Assembly (NCBI RefSeq): GCF_001194135.2
Contig: NC_068988.1
Location: 81,258,977-81,295,057 of the forward strand
Length of the DNA: 36,081 nucleotides
DNA from: Octopus bimaculoides
Taxonomy: Eukaryota
Direction of reading: 5' to 3'
Shown here: in pieces, positions 33,968-36,081 of the stretch
Position numbering within the stretch: position 1 is the stretch's first letter
Layout: every line of letters begins with the position of its first letter
The notes under the pieces: model-generated
Database searches by the model: none
What the model was told of the DNA's origin: nothing
Seen by the model: only the letters and a program-made list of their open reading frames with translations
Made by a program: the position numbers and the translations under genes

Positions 33968-36081
33968 TGATGATTTCTTTTATTTGCCACCAGGGCAAAG
34001 GATGAGGAGTACAATACAAAGACAGACATAAATTGTGAGGATTTACATATAATGGAATATATAAAAATAAGCATACACAGCATACATTAAAAGAAGTGAA
34101 ATATACATAGTATAAAGCAACATGTAAAAAAAATTGTGATAGGGGTCTTCCTGTATCAGGAGGACCTCTAGGGATGATCGAGAAACCTCACTGTCCAAGA
34201 TTACCCTGAATACTACGGACAAATACCTTTTCCGACTCACAGGTCTACACTGAGATTGGTACCATCAACTCTTGCCATTTTCGCAACTTTCACCCACCTT
34301 TTTATAAATCACCCGAGGACAGCACTTCCTTCTCCACCCTCACTTTCCTTTTTAAGTGAAACTTGAAAAAGTCAATGAGGGCTTTACCAAAGAAGAATTT
34401 CTCTGTTCTCATTCCTTTCAGCCTCGTCCACCAGACAACCCCTTTCACTGCAGCAACTAGGCAAAGGAAAACTGCCTTGCTTGCCCAATTAAAGGAGGGT
34501 GGCGGGGCAATCATCACTATGGGCTCGGACGACAGACGGATCCCTCCCATACGTGACAGCAGCTGTTCGACATAACTCCACGAGTCAGCAATTGCCGGAC
34601 ACTGAACGAGAGCAGGCAGAACGGTTTCGTCACTCTGCACGCACCTCGAACAAGTCTGTCTGACAACACGTCCATACCTGTAGAGTTTATCTCGNNNNNN
34701 NNNNNNNNNNNNNNNNNNNNNNNNNNNNNNNNNNNNNNNNNNNNNNNNNNNNNNNNNNNNNNNNNNNNNNNNNNNNNNNNNNNNNNNNNNNNNNNNNNNN
34801 NNNNNNNNNNNNNNNNNNNNNNNNNNNNNNNNNNNNNNNNNNNNNNNNNNNNNNNNNNNNNNNNNNNNNNNNNNNNNNNNNNNNNNNNNNNNNNNNNNNN
34901 NNNNNNNNNNNNNNNNNNNNNNNNNNNNNNNNNNNNNNNNNNNNNNNNNNNNNNNNNNNNNNNNNNNNNNNNNNNNNNNNNNNNNNNNNNNNNNNNNNNN
35001 NNNNNNNNNNNNNNNNNNNNNNNNNNNNNNNNNNNNNNNNNNNNNNNNNNNNNNNNNNNNNNNNNNNNNNNNNNNNNNNNNNNNNNNNNNNNNNNNNNNN
35101 NNNNNNNNNNNNNNNNNNNNNNNNNNNNNNNNNNNNNNNNNNNNNNNNNNNNNNNNNNNNNNNNNNNNNNNNNNNNNNNNNNNNNNNNNNNNNNNNNNNN
35201 NNNNNNNNNNNNNNNNNNNNNNNNNNNNNNNNNNNNNNNNNNNNNNNNNNNNNNNNNNNNNNNNNCCTGACGCCATTCTAAGAGCCAGGCACCAAGTCTT
35301 GATCTATCCTTCACCCACGACTCCAGTTCCGGCAAAGAGATAAGTTGCGAAAATACGTGCTTCGCAAACGGAGCCCACACACGTTTTCCTTCTAGACATC
35401 GTTGCAGGTGGTGCAACCTGAGCGCATATCTGCGCATCAGAAGCCACAGCATGCCTAAGCTGCCACTCAGAGGGAGCTAACAGCAGATTGACCTCACTAA
35501 TTTAGGGACCTGAGATCGTAGAGCAGGTACCTCTGCTTCCTAGCCGAACCCAATCCCCGAACATTTACACAGCCAACTCTTAGTGTTTCCATTTAACTTA
35601 TAGGAAAGAAAATGGAATTACGTACCTTGGTCTTCAGGGATAACTGTTGACACAGTCTTCTTTTTGGTCGCGGAGGAGTGAAGAAGAGTTTTTCTAGGAA
35701 ATTTTTTTGGGGTACTTGCTAAACCCTCCAATACCCTGGGGGAATTTCTGCTTTAAATCAAGATACGAGTCCGTTTCTGTTTGGATTAACATCCTGTCCG
35801 GTGGAGTTCCGCAGAAGCTTCTCCACTTGTTGTCATGCTTTTGTTATTAATAACTTCCTCAATCAATTCAGCGTTGTTCTTCTGAACAACAGTGAAGTTG
35901 ATGAAGGAACCACGTATCCGAGAATGTGATTGTTGGTCATTTTGTTTCTCGGGTGTTTCATTTTGCTTTTTTGTTTTTGTGGTTGTGAGTGTGTTTGTAA
36001 AAATTGGTTGTCTTGTGATGAAAATATTGATGTTGGTGTTGATTTGCTTTTAAATTGGAGCTGTGTCGAATTTTGTTTTTT
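33894..36081 (-). mobile_element. Tx1/L1-clade non-LTR element with most of the endonuclease and all of the RT deleted; continues beyond the window
   Basis: ORF2 start METLRVGCVNVRGLGSARKQRYLLYDLRSLN (ATG at 35592) joins at about 35500 to post-RT LVRSICC*LPLSGSLGMLWLLMRRYALRLHHL. After the gap comes the zinc-knuckle region CSRCVQSDETVLPALVQC. The 3' UTR has AATAAA (33979-33984) and a (CAT)n/(ATT)n tail (33894-33973). Sequence above 35600 is presumed ORF1 3' end. Confidence 0.85.
34695..35265. other. Assembly gap (N run)
   Basis: Run of N inside the Tx1-like element. Confidence 1.

Noticed and set aside
21875-35452. Long tracked ORFs containing X runs (21875-23230, 22004-23050, 29343-30194, 31010-31560, 34302-35452)
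   Set aside because: Their length comes from translating N gaps.
1-36081. CRISPR array, rRNA, bona fide tRNA or prokaryotic operon
   Set aside because: None seen. The tandem repeats lack unique spacers, and the tRNA-like boxes are SINE heads without a full cloverleaf.

Overview
AT-rich eukaryotic draft genomic DNA with four N-gaps. It is most likely from an octopus; this is inferred from the SINE and RTE repeat families as I remember them and has not been checked against a database. I cannot support any intact host protein-coding gene. Nearly all tracked ORFs are microsatellite translations, gap-spanning artefacts, or pieces and antisense shadows of decayed transposons. The window is a transposon graveyard containing many tRNA-type SINEs, four RTE-clade LINE fragments, Penelope-like (PLE) fragments, a split Ty3/Gypsy element, Tc1/mariner and hAT remnants, a probable CRE-clade 3' end and an internally deleted Tx1/L1 element. 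The main candidate for novelty is at 6.4-7.6 kb. There, a Ulp1-like (C48) cysteine-protease domain lies directly upstream of, and on the same strand as, a Penelope reverse transcriptase. A degenerate hammerhead-like motif with AATAAA sits next to it in inverted orientation. Other notable features are a 118-bp near-perfect palindrome, a 90-nt hairpin with alternative pairing registers, SINE-derived tandem arrays and an apparent CpG-depletion boundary near 13 kb. All translations were done by hand and all family assignments come from motif recognition, not from searches.
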